This document shows positions 53,801 through 64,000 of a DNA stretch of 64,000 nt, piece after piece. A model generated the notes under the pieces. The model did no database searches. It was not told the DNA's origin and saw nothing but the letters and a program-made list of their open reading frames with translations. This stretch comes from Antedon mediterranea (Eukaryota; Animalia; Echinodermata): assembly GCF_964355755.1 (NCBI RefSeq), contig NC_092679.1, forward strand, positions 21,311,432 to 21,375,431, in the 5' to 3' direction. The translations under genes were made by a program, and so were the position numbers. Within the stretch, counting starts at the first letter, position 1, and each line of letters opens with the position of its first letter.

Positions 53801-55873
53801 CGCCCAGTACTTGAACGGTATGCTCGATCCATCGTAACAGGTCTGACGTGAGCTTCTCGTACTCCTTGATGAGTTTGTCGTTCTCTCGCACCGATGTCAT
53901 CACGTTCGTGATACGTTTACCCATAACCGTCTCAGTCTTCATTTTTGAGAAGTAATGATAATATGTTACGACGTATGTCATGATAGATTTCTCATCTGGG
54001 TGATCGATGTTAATATCTGAAGAAATAAAAACAACAAAATTAAGTTGTATTAATTATTTGTTTAGATTAATTAGCTTAGATTGATCCAAAAAGACCCAGA
54101 TTTGTTTTGCCATTTTGACAAAAAAAAAAATACGTTCTGTAATTTTCAGTCAACCCTTACATAAACCGATTGAGATATTATACAACTAAAAAGTCAGCTA
54201 AGCAACAACAAAATGTTGATAACAGGGCAGTAACACCTAAATGGTCAAAAATATTAATAATATTAATAATTAAGTATCTTATGGAAAACCAATATTTTTA
54301 TTGCAGTACTATTTTTATAAAATGAGATGTAGAAGGTCTACACTGGCCTACTTGATATGGGCGACATGATGCAGTCATATTCGATGGTCCATCTTCATGG
54401 TAATGGAGGTATAATATAATATATAATAACTCTATGTTTAAACCAGATACCCTCTAATGTTTAATGTACATTTTAAAGAGTAGGATTGAATTTAGGACTT
54501 TATTTTAAAATCTGGTTGTGAGGGAATTTACATTAGTGTCATTGTTCTCTCATACTCTCTATACGGTTATGAGCCAATCAATTACAGTAGGTAAGTGTGA
54601 AAGACCCTTTATACTAACCCTCTGTGTCAAGGAGCTTCACAAGCCCAAGTTTCTGTTCTGCTGTATTGAAAGCATTGTTCAAATTGTAAACTGGTTGACT
54701 CTTTTGAAGTTTGTTATACTCAATAAGATCTGGACGATGTTTGTGGATGAGGGCGTTGAACGCTAGACCATCACGCCAGCTGTTTGTGAAGTTACGGACG
54801 TTCACATTCTTGTAGCCAGCGGTCTTCATCTGACACCAAAGCAAGAGGGCATCCTTTGCTGATCGTTTCTCGTCACTCTCATCATCTTCAATTGTAATAT
54901 CTTGAATCTAGTTTGAAATTAAAATAACAATTGACATTCAAAACATGTTAAAAGTATTCCTAATACACTTTATGTAACTACTAGTAGTAGACATGGAAGA
55001 TAAAATTGTGCACTGTGTACTGTATATCCGTCTGACATGACAACTTAGCAAGACAGCATTAAGGAGTGGGTAGCTTTAAGGTAAATCTTAATGCATTACT
55101 TTCTGTCAAAATAATAGTGTTAATTTTAATCAAATAATGTTTAAATTTCGTAGTATTGTACTCAAAGGACAATGTTTACAGAGGAGCAGTAACAGAAAAA
55201 AAATACAGAATTTATTTTATTCCTTATGGACCTTTACACAAAGCGTGAAGCTGACGGGTGGTTTCCGTTTACTGTTACCGCTCATCTGTGTAAATTGGCC
55301 TTTATGCTAGTACAAATATTGAGAACAGAAGTAATTTGCGGGTGGGCCAAAAAAAGGTTTTGCATTTGTAACATGGTGTCTTTCAAATATTGGGGAGCTT
55401 TTGTTTTGCGAAGAAATACTGTATGACTGACAACAAATCAACGAATGTCATATGTCATAGGTTGTGACAAATCTAAAGCTGTCTTTAATATTCTGACACA
55501 ATATTCCAAAGCTCTATCTACACTATCAAATTCTTTGTGACAAAAAAATGTGATGTGTCCATATATGGACATGATGTCATATCACTACCATATTTGGGCA
55601 TATCACTACCATATTTGGGCATACCAGACCACACTTTTTTTTGTCAAACTTATATGATAGTGTGGACAGAGCTTAAAACACACTCGTCACTGTTCTTACC
55701 TGAAACCTAAGGATGATGGTCCATATTAGACCTAGAGTGAGTCTATGATTCCCATCAGTGATGTCGTGTGATCCCATGTTTTCCAGATGTACACGCTTTT
55801 CCTTCAGGAATTTCAGTGCCTTGTCGCAGTTCTCTAAACAATGGATTCTCATCTTTCCCTTTGTTGGCTTTGG
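26807..55873 (-). CDS. SPTBN1: Beta-spectrin (conventional, SPTBN1/beta-G-like): second half of CH1, CH2, spectrin repeats, C-terminal PH domain; 5'-partial, 33 exons
   Basis: Exons in transcript order: 55873-55700, 54907-54619, 54016-53716, 53442-53325, 53139-52817, 52517-52213, 51966-51722, 51610-51410, 51152-51036, 47802-47725, 47329-47165, 46845-46417, 46291-46175, 46009-45734, 45355-45188, 44921-44749, 44455-44218, 43886-43623, 41002-40781, 38179-37889, 37511-37303, 36067-35863, 35706-35512, 34824-34756, 34644-34534, 32948-32704, 32346-32208, 31853-31677, 31239-31135, 30612-30410, 30140-29838, 29379-29209, 26993-26807. Total 6813 nt, in frame to TGA. Peptides [65 protein letters not shown]-domain [17 protein letters not shown], and C-terminus GFFTLKK. 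The symbol denotes the family; an invertebrate gene is likely co-orthologous to SPTB/SPTBN1/2/4. Confidence 0.96.
27541..28106. repeat. 70-71-bp minisatellite, about 8 copies
   Basis: Unit agtact(g/c)ctagtggcaacacttgttaggtaacgaggttgtagaaatagctataaat(g)gtagcaatatactt. Confidence 0.95.
28744..28890. mobile_element. Tc1/mariner(pogo)-type MITE
   Basis: TA|cagtcaaatctcc ... ggagagttgactg|TA (12/13 TIR match, TA TSD). Confidence 0.75.
29427..29794. repeat. 26-bp minisatellite, 14 copies
   Basis: Unit ttggcctggc(caa/tga/cga)ggagtgtctagac. Confidence 0.95.
33377..34109. mobile_element. Non-autonomous PIF/Harbinger-type DNA transposon (733 bp), GC-rich interior
   Basis: TTA|gggcctgttcgta...tacgaacacgacc|TTA; imperfect TIRs of about 27 bp; short internal ORF remnant at 33563-33769. 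Confidence 0.7.
34943..34998. repeat. Perfect hairpin, 21-bp arms, 14-nt loop
   Basis: gttctgaaaagaacagttgag ... ctcaactgttcttttcagaac. Confidence 0.9.
35025..35394 (+). mobile_element. 5S rRNA-derived SINE (SINE3-type) or extended 5S retropseudogene
   Basis: 35025-35142 is a near full-length 5S-like sequence (tacggctttaccacgttgaaacaccggttctcgtcagatcaccgaagttaagc...ttggatgggagacc...gggaataacgggtgctgta) with A and C boxes. There is no T-run terminator; about 215 bp of unique body and an A-rich tail follow. Confidence 0.8.
37020..37215 (+). mobile_element. Degenerate 3' end of an RTE-clade-like LINE
   Basis: Frameshifted translation ..[12 protein letters not shown]/..[18 protein letters not shown] resembles RTE ORF C-termini; followed by a (gat)n-like tail. 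Confidence 0.5.
38515..38830. repeat. 135-138-bp tandem repeat, about 2.3 copies
   Basis: gcaatgttgcaaattgta begins at 38515, 38650 and 38788. Confidence 0.9.
39006..39173 (+). mobile_element. Penelope-like pseudo-LTR fragment inserted in (TA)n inside a Harbinger MITE
   Basis: Reverse complement of 6460-6596 apart from small indels; flanked by (TA)n on both sides. Confidence 0.8.
39008..39045 (+). ncRNA. Minimal type I hammerhead ribozyme motif
   Basis: gca CTGATGA A gggc-tagtgtt-gcgc GAAA gc TC tgc. Stem I gca/tgc, palindromic AGCT stem III as in dimer-type minimal hammerheads, one mismatch in stem II. Confidence 0.75.
39401..39669. repeat. 54-bp minisatellite, 5 copies
   Basis: Unit taaatgttaattaaggtcttgtccacattgagtgttattatccaaatcctggtt. 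Confidence 0.95.
40330..40485. mobile_element. PIF/Harbinger-type MITE (family A), full-length
   Basis: TAA|agctcagtctacactatcaaac ... gtttgatagtgtagacagagct|TAA. Confidence 0.9.
42535..42691. mobile_element. Tc1/mariner-type MITE
   Basis: TA|cagtaaaaatcacc ... ggttgtttcactg|TA, with internal cccttaatagggatgtcc family motifs. Confidence 0.65.
43951..44097. mobile_element. Harbinger MITE (family A), opposite orientation
   Basis: agctctgtctacactataaaac ... gtttgatagtgtagacagagct. Confidence 0.9.
49412..49444 (-). CDS. Candidate alternatively spliced 33-nt microexon of beta-spectrin ([11 protein letters not shown])
   Basis: Minus strand reads tgtgtttgcttcattttcctcattttctag|GAATTTCTAAATATAGACGATTTAGAAGATGAA|gtgagt. 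Phase 0, matching the host intron (KKHK|IMTTEL), with no stop codon. Confidence 0.7.
49614..49759. mobile_element. Harbinger MITE (family A)
   Basis: TAA|agctctgtctacac ... gtgtagacagggct|TAA. Confidence 0.9.
50828..50970. mobile_element. PIF/Harbinger-type MITE (family B), diverged copy
   Basis: agcttggtccccactag ... ctagtgcgaaccaagct; homologous to 3553-3731. Confidence 0.8.
55510..55673. mobile_element. Harbinger MITE (family A)
   Basis: agctctatctacactatcaaa ... gatagtgtggacagagct. Confidence 0.85.
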
Positions 55874-57545
55874 CTGTAAATAACAAGAAGAACAAATATA
55901 TATTTACTTTCCATTATCGAAACCTGGAGAGTTCTCTCCTACATATTAATTAATACAGAGCTTTCAATTTGCGACTATGTCATTATATGCATGCTGGGGG
56001 AAGGGTGGGACGTGATTCCTTGCTTCCAACCTCGGCACAGTTTTCGTTGTTTCTAGGTTTAGAAGACTGATAACATGACCTAACTTTTTGTCGGCTTACA
56101 TTATAAAATGTCACATTTGAAGAAACTCTTTGTGTTTGAGACAATAACTGGCTGTCTATAGTTTGTAACAGGTAAACAACACATTGTTGTATGTCTTGGG
56201 ATAGCATTTATATTCCTGTTATCATATCATATTATTAAACAACAACATTGCTAAAATTATCATACTTCATAGTATTGATATAATGCATCTTAGTAGACCA
56301 TATGAGTATGAGTTATTACAAATTTGAGATTTAGACATGTAACCAAGTCTAGATAATATTTCTTCTTAAACCAGTATAAAAACTATATATAAAATGAAAT
56401 TCATCATTCAAAATTAAATTTAGCTCAATAGCTAGATTTATTGGACGACAAATGAAAATAAATAGACCTATTTATTACACAAATATATAATGGCCAATTT
56501 GACGACATAATATTAACAGTTTTTATTAGTCCCCCCATAAACTTCACAGACAAACACCACTTAACACGATGCAGTCAACCATGACCAATAAATATTACGA
56601 CAATAATAACGCCCACACAAATTTGTTTAAAAAAAACCACTTGAAAAGTACTGTATGCAAATTTGATTTAGTAAAATTTTATTGGCGCAACAAATAAAAA
56701 ATTATAATTATATTTTCTTATACTGACATATTAAAATCATAACTTACAACATATTAATTTTTAGCTTTGTTTGTTATTTTTACTGATATTCATACTACTG
56801 TAAATTGATAATGAGTATAAAAGAACTGTGATAAGTGTTTTTCTTTGAATTGAAGGTGGTATTGCACTGTAATATTTACTTTAGATAACATTAAACCACA
56901 CATAAAAGTCTAAGCCTGTCCCAGTGTTCTTGCATTATATTTTTCTGTATTTAAGTAACAAATAAAAACACTATACTGTATAATAAGCCTGCCCTAAGTG
57001 TTCATGTATTGTATTTTTCTGAGTTGAACCAGTTTAAGTACAATTGTGGTTATTTCTTTTGAAAGCAAGTACTATGATTTGAATTGCATAAAAAATAGTG
57101 TTACTGTATATTTTATTTAGTTGTTAAGCTTTAAAATCCGGCGTATACATTACTTATATCGACATTCATAAAACATGTATACTTTTTGATATTTTGCGGA
57201 TGTTAGCCACATACGAGGTCGAACTGCTAGTGTTAATGGTTTCTAGAATCGTAATATTTTATTAAGTGGGTTATATTTAGACAGCAGTGTTAAAGGGATC
57301 ATGTGGATTCTCTTCATAATCTATACTTTTGTATAGTGCCACTATATATTATTATGATCAAAACTGAACTGACATAGATGTATGTCTACCTGACATGAGC
57401 TTATAACCGAGGATTAAAAACTAGAGATTCACATGATCAATTTGTAGGTGGGCTTACTATAGGGGTGGTTTCATTGTATGCCAGAGATTTACATACATTA
57501 CACTACAGAGTAATTTATTTATTTCATGTTACAATCACACAATAA

Positions 57546-57751
57546 CAGGCCGTGTCTTTTGAAAATCATAGGTGTGCTACAAATTGCACTCGTCAATACA
57601 TTCAGGGGTCCTGTAGGTGTGCGTTTTGTATGTTCGTGTGTAGCTAGAAGTATACCAAATCTAGGCGTGTTGTAAATCGCACTCCTCAAGGGCAGTTTAG
57701 GAGTGTGTTAGGTGAGTGATCGCACTTACTCGCCTTAAAAAGCAAGGCCTG
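57546..57751. mobile_element. MITE with CAGG...CCTG termini (hAT-like)
   Basis: caggccgtgtctttt ... aaaaagcaaggcctg; caataa on both flanks. Confidence 0.65.
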
Positions 57752-58301
57752 CAATAATAATAACATTTACCAAAATTTATATTTAGACGTAATAATTTTA
57801 AAACCAGCTGTCTGTTTGAGAAATATGGATACACTTCAATTTAAACATTATGTTTCAATAGTCGATGCCTAATTAGTATTTTACCATTAACATGATTACG
57901 ATTCACAACATCTTTTGCAATAAGACGTGGGTACCGAGGGAGCCAAAACCATTATTAATGTATAACGCAGAAGCTTGCGTTAATTGCGACAACTTATAAC
58001 GACGAAAATTGTATGTTGCTAATTACATTGAATATTTATGAAAAACACAGTGTTTGCAATATGTCTGGCATCCCTGCGGAATAATTATTATGGATCGTTT
58101 GCTTATAAGAATTGCGTGATAGAGAATGAAGTTTGAAAATTAGCTTTCTGATGCTGTCAAACAATTGTCATTGTTGTGAATAATCTTAACCATAAGAATC
58201 ATAGTCGTTATTGTCAGGATCCTAATCATTATCAGGATTACAATCATTATCATTAGAATAATTTACTATGTTTACAAACAATCTTGTACTTAAATTATCA
58301 A

Positions 58302-58533
58302 TCTACACTACTGTATCAAACTAGGTTGACAAAAAAAGTGTCCAAATATGGTAGTGATGTGCCCAAATATGATAGTGATATGACATCATCATGTCAATAT
58401 AATTGGCACATCACATTTTTTGATAGTGTAGACAGAGCTTAAGAAGAATACAGTAAAACCGTATATGCTTAAATATGGTAGTTTATGACATCATTCATGT
58501 TTTTAAAAAAAGTTGATAGTGTAGACAGAGCTT
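58302..58533. mobile_element. Harbinger MITE (family A) plus adjacent partial copy
   Basis: Two gatagtgtagacagagcttaa ends (near 58439 and 58533). Confidence 0.8.
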
Positions 58534-60451
58534 AATAGATTTTATTAGAGAAACTGATGATTATTAATAAAAAATAACCTAATGTAATAACTGAATTATA
58601 TTAAAAAGACACTTTGGAAAACGAACTGACAATGTCAAGGCCTAGAAAATAACATATTTCCTGTACAAAACGACATAGACAGATACATAACCTAAATATG
58701 TAATCATTACATGAATATAGGGTCTTCATAACTTCCATAGTCCGACAAAAACCTGTTTAAATCAAACCAAATCACTTTGCAATACATGACTTATGGGGTT
58801 TAGAGAGGACAAGTGGGTGGAACAACCATAAAGGAAATAATTAAACACAGTAGTTGATATTATATTACCAACACTAGATACAGCAGAACCTCTATTATAG
58901 GGAAAGTGTCCCCTTAATGTTTGTGGTGTTCAAAAGGAGGGGTCCAACTCTATTTAGTGTTTTCAGTACATTCAGTTCTATGTTGTCGATAAAAAAATTG
59001 TTGATTTTGCGGCAACCCAAAACATGCCTCCTATTAAAATATTCTTTCATTTAATTTGGCTATTAAAGATAGCATTTATTGAGTCATTATAAATATTTTT
59101 GTTATATCCATTAAATCCAAAGTGAAATAAAGAAACGGTTGAATTCAAATAAGTTTTGAAAGAGATCAGCAATGAGATGAAGCATGACTCACCTAATGAA
59201 TATTCATAATATTAGTTAGGGACAGTCTCAAAAGCTTATTTGTTATGCGAGAATGCAATGAACTGTGTTAGTTATCACACACCTTCTACTAGACTGAGTA
59301 GATGGGGAAAATCAAATTAATTCTTCCTGGGAATCGTTCACAACGTTCCATGACATCAATTTGATGAAGATACTTTAAAATTATAATATGCACATTTGAT
59401 ATGTCCATAAACATAAATAACATCTTTCTTTGAGTGGCCGTTTAATAAAAATATTGATTTAATAAATTAATATAATGTAGATCAAGGTTTAAATAATATT
59501 TTAATAGTGTACAGTATATTTGTTATTTTAGTTATATTTATGAATTATAAATAATTTATTTTTATATTATATTTCATTATAGCTTAAAAGTAATAAACAA
59601 AATCATCATTGACATTATTTCTTTCCAACTGTCTGTAGCAACCTACATAATTTAAGTTTCGTAACAAAAAACTAAAACGATTTTAAAAATCCAATTTTGT
59701 GAGTTAACGAGCGGAACAAATCACGCAGTGTTGATGTTATGTTGTTGGGTTCCCATTTATTCCTACGCTTCATTGTCATGACAGTCTATCGTCTTCAATT
59801 CGGCTCTTAATGATAATGCGTTTGTCCATCTACTATTTGATTGGAATTTACTTATCGTATTTAAACAGATTCCAAAGAATTAATATTTTGAAAATTATAT
59901 ACTATGGTACAGTGATTAAAAGATCATGTCAAAATTATTATTATTATTATTATTATTATTCTACAGAGGTTATTGTAACTAAATTGTGTTTATTCTAAAA
60001 CCTGTTTATGCATACAGCACATGGTAGCAAACGTTTTTTTACATTTTGCTTTTATTACCATTGCTTTTTTTATTGTAAAACGTTATTTATTTTCATTTTC
60101 TTATGTGGGAAATGTAGGCCAATGTCAAAACGCAAAAAATAAGGTGGTATAATATCAAACTGTAGTGATATAAATAGCTTCTTATTATCATAAGTAGGCA
60201 TCCTATAGTCAAGATGAGTTAATAAAAATGCAAAGTCAGCATAAATGTCAACATACATTAAGGATGTCTACAATATGTAAGCTTCACTTAGCATGTGATA
60301 ATAACAACAGATTTGCTGATTGATTCTGTTAGTGGCCTGAATAGTTTTCCCACAATTGTTATATTAAATACTACTGTATATATGATACAGACGACTCGTT
60401 CACATTGAGACTGAATTTAAGTGCAGTAGCTGGATAAACAACGGTGTTTAA

Positions 60452-60558
60452 AGCCCTGTCTACACTATCAAACTCACCTTTACCATATTTGGGCATATCA
60501 TTACCATATTTGGGCACATCACACTCTTTTTGTCACATCAAGTTTGATAGTGTAGACA
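60452..60558. mobile_element. Harbinger MITE (family A), internally deleted
   Basis: agccctgtctacactatcaaac ... gtttgatagtgtagaca. Confidence 0.8.
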
Positions 60559-61678
60559 TACTGTAGCTTAAGAATATAACCGTTCACACACATTCCGTAC
60601 AAATTTACCGTATGTGTATAAATAGGTGGTGTCTTCTCCGGCCATACAATAGGACCAAAATCGGGCTTGGGCTGTGAACATAGTTTTATACCAGCATTAT
60701 GTTTACAAACATGAAGATTATTACACTGGCTGGCATTCCATACCACTAGCTTTTAAAATGTATTCAAAATAAACATTTCAGACCTTTTATTTGACTATTG
60801 ATTTTATCTTTTATTAATTGTAACACAATTTAAATGTGAATAGACCTTCAACTATAGTTTGCTAATACTGTACATAATTAGTTTGGTTTGTAAAATGTGT
60901 ACATTACAGAATGTTGTGATAAATACAATTGTAATTATTGAAAAATCCAGAAGATTTTGTAAAAAAACTGATCATCATCAACTATCAAAATAAAGAATGT
61001 ATCTAATTTTTTCTAATGTTATTGTATGTTTTAATATTAAACATTAGCTTCCTATAGTTGTAAATATTATGATTTGAAAAAAATGAAAATGTTAATTTCA
61101 CTAAAAAAAATTTCCTAGAAATTTGGCAATGAATAAAAATTCCAAAGGGGTTTCCATTACAGCAGGGGTCTGTATTCACATTTAATATTATTTGTTTAAG
61201 TCTCTTATGTAAACAGCAAATTATGCAAGCATATGGCATCATGAAGAAAAGCAACTAATCCAATTCTATACAGTCCCATTAAAGCCGGTAATTTATTAAT
61301 TGGTTGCAAACGATGAGTTTTCACCTGACGAAACACTGCATAATTAAGCTTTATGAATGGGTTTCCAATTCATTTTAGGTGCATGTTTTTCATGAATTTG
61401 TTTATCATGCATACTAATATTTTGGACAACATTGAAACATGAATCGGTTCGGTTTGAAAAATATCCAGATGATATGGTCATTAATTTTGGTGGAAGGCGG
61501 CAAGAAGGAATAGAAAATTAAATGTATTACATTTTTTACATTTACAGTATTGCAACTAAAATATTGAGATAGAGCTTAATATTCCAATGCATGTTAAAAA
61601 ATGATATCTCTTTTTTTTTTATCACAATAGAGAAGATGCATATCTTCGCAAATTCTATACCTGTAGATAGCATCAACT

Positions 61679-61765
61679 TTAAAACGTCAATTTAGAATCC
61701 TTTAAAACGTCAATTTAGAATCTTTTAAAACGTCAATTTAGCATCTTCTAAAATGTCAATTAAAA
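61679..61765. repeat. 23-bp minisatellite, about 3.5 copies
   Basis: ttaaaacgtcaatttagaatcct in tandem. Confidence 0.85.
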
Positions 61766-62081
61766 AACGTGATGCTTGAACAACTAAATAGTTTGGTATT
61801 ATCTGATAATAGTGTGAAATACCATGGATCAGCTCCCCAGAGAGTGATAAGCTGGATACAATACAGCTTAAAAGCCCATCTGATAGTGAACAATTAGTCA
61901 ACACATAATACAACTATATCACTCTGTATGCAATTAAGAATAAAACCAAATAAATATATAGACATTTCATTTTTATTTAGTGCAATTTATTATTTTTAAT
62001 CGATACATATTTAGTAGGTCACAGGTCAAAGTTTATGAAATATTGACCTGATACAGGGTAGTATGATATACTACTACTGTA

Positions 62082-62640
62082 TTAAAGACCCCTTCCCTGC
62101 AATTTTGGACGTTTTTTGGAAAATAATACATATATATCACTTTAAAAACATTAAACCATGTCATTCCTCGTCTTAAATGTACGTTTTATGGTAAATTATG
62201 ATAAAAAGTGAGAAACAATGCACTACCTAAGTAGCTCGCGGCGATCGACCTCTCGTGGACGGTCTCAGGCCTAGCCTAGCTAGGCTTAGTTTTGTAGGCC
62301 TAGCTGGTAAACATCGGTAACGTACGAACATCGTACGCTAGCTATATACCTAGCCTGACGTTGTATAGTTGCTGCATTAATTGTCTTTCTATTTTTGCCA
62401 GACTCCGTTGATACAAATTGGGGAAAACCCGGTATTTTCGCTGAAAAGTTAGGAGTCTTCCATTTGTTTTGGCTTCACGATCGATCGAAAAGTGGGCGAA
62501 TTACAGGTGAAAAACAACAATATCAATCCGCGCGCAATGCATTTTGGGATTTATAGCGGGCCGCTATAATTATTAAAATCGATTTATTTTTCACATTTTT
62601 AACCGTTTAAAGACGAAAAAAGTTATCGCAATAGGACCAT
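62082..62640. mobile_element. Probable non-autonomous DNA transposon fragment (Kolobok-like start after TTAA)
   Basis: CpG-rich block beginning ttaa|agaccccttccc, with ctagcctagg repeats and gcgcaatgcattttgggat; the right terminus is not confidently located. Confidence 0.4.
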
Positions 62641-64000
62641 ATAGTATTATTTTTACATTAAATATAGTTTGTGATCTTAAATTAGATCTAAAAAACATAG
62701 GGAATGGGGCTTTAAACAAAGAAATATTTCAGAATGTTGATACCAACTCAAAATAGTATCACAATGGGACATCACTAAAATAGTGCAGTTAAGAATCATT
62801 AAACATTGCTTCAAGAGTTTCAGCTCTTTCTCTCTCAGAAAGAACAGGGCCTGTGTCAGTTTATCCAGGTAAGTTATGCACAAAACAGACTACCACAATT
62901 AAACACTGCTGCATTTAAACAGAATACTGTAGTGTTTTAAATAATAAAATGTCAAGATACAGTAGATGTATACAAAAACAAGACATGCCCCTGGACATGA
63001 TTCTAAATAGTAAATCCTATGAATACAAACTAAAATGTTATGAATAAAGAATGCTGTAAGTATTGTAGCATTTTGCCTGAAACATTGCAGCTTAAAAAGC
63101 TACAGTAATGGGGATGATTATACAGTACACCGCTGCAGGAAAGAAATTAAAAAATTGGAAATAAATTCATATGTCACCTACGAGAAATGTGGGAAGGGGC
63201 ATAAACTTAACCACACAGGTCTTTAGTTTTGTACTGACAAACACACAGGCTCCCATCTTGGTTGAAATGCAGCCATGTAGTCTCTATAGCTTTTAACAAA
63301 CATTCCCGATCATTTCAACCATTGTAAAAATAACTAAAAAGCATAAGTGAAATAACAAACGAAGATAAAGAATCCTTTTTAAAACTAAGCAATTATCTTC
63401 CATGTTCAATGGATTGAGGATAAATTGTTTTTTACTTTTCACTATTATTGTTTTCAGCATGTACTGAATATTAAGCAGACTATCTAAGATTGAATCTCAG
63501 TTCTTCTCATTGCTGATTTTCCAATCTCTTCACTTCAAATCAATGTTCAATGGTTTAATGTTTCTCTTTATGCATTTCCAATTTAACTACACAAGGAGAC
63601 CTACATATTCTATGAAATTCTACCATCAAATATGCAATTAATAATTATGACTGCATACTATGGTATAAAACTAGACTCCTCAATATTCCCCAATAAATTA
63701 CATTAATAACTTAATATAAGCATTAATTTCTATGCTAAACATAGTTTGTAAACGTAATAAATTAATAAACAGACACTATTCTGTTGAAGAATGTCATAAT
63801 AATTTATGATTATTCATATTTCAGTGTTTATGTAGTACGAATTTTAACTCCATGTAATTTATAATTATTTAATGTATACAAAGTCCTAAGAATTTAATCA
63901 TACTAAAACCAGGTACTGTATATTATACTTAAAAGATAAAGAATGTTATTAGTAGGGGTGGTGAAATAGTAATATGGCTGAGTGGATAAAATATGGTCAA

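Noticed and set aside
61725-61913. ORF segment LSDGLLSCIVSSLSLSGEL resembling CH1 (LRDG...LSGE) as the missing upstream spectrin exon
   Set aside because: Spacing and remaining residues do not match the highly conserved CH1 sequence, and the nearby donor is in the wrong phase for this frame.

Overview
AT-rich, intron-dense genomic DNA from an invertebrate animal (a Deu-domain SINE hints at a deuterostome, but the species cannot be determined from sequence alone). Two large conserved cytoskeletal genes point toward each other. On the + strand is the 3' part of cytoplasmic dynein-1 heavy chain: 21 exons, 200..12451, about 973 codons to the stop. On the - strand is a conventional beta-spectrin: 33 exons, 55873..26807, about 2270 codons, with the N-terminal exons outside the window. 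All exon phases join in frame with GT-AG introns. Introns and the 14-kb intergenic gap hold PIF/Harbinger- and Tc1/mariner-type MITEs, tRNA-derived SINEs (CORE-like and Deu-like), a 5S-rRNA-derived SINE, Penelope-like retroelement pieces carrying hammerhead ribozymes, minisatellites, and a 4-kb satellite built from two palindromic modules. The best leads are an in-frame 33-nt microexon in beta-spectrin repeat 5 with neural-microexon signals, three hammerhead ribozymes at (TA)n tracts, the palindromic higher-order satellite, and the 5S-headed SINE. Coordinates were read by hand and no database searches were run.
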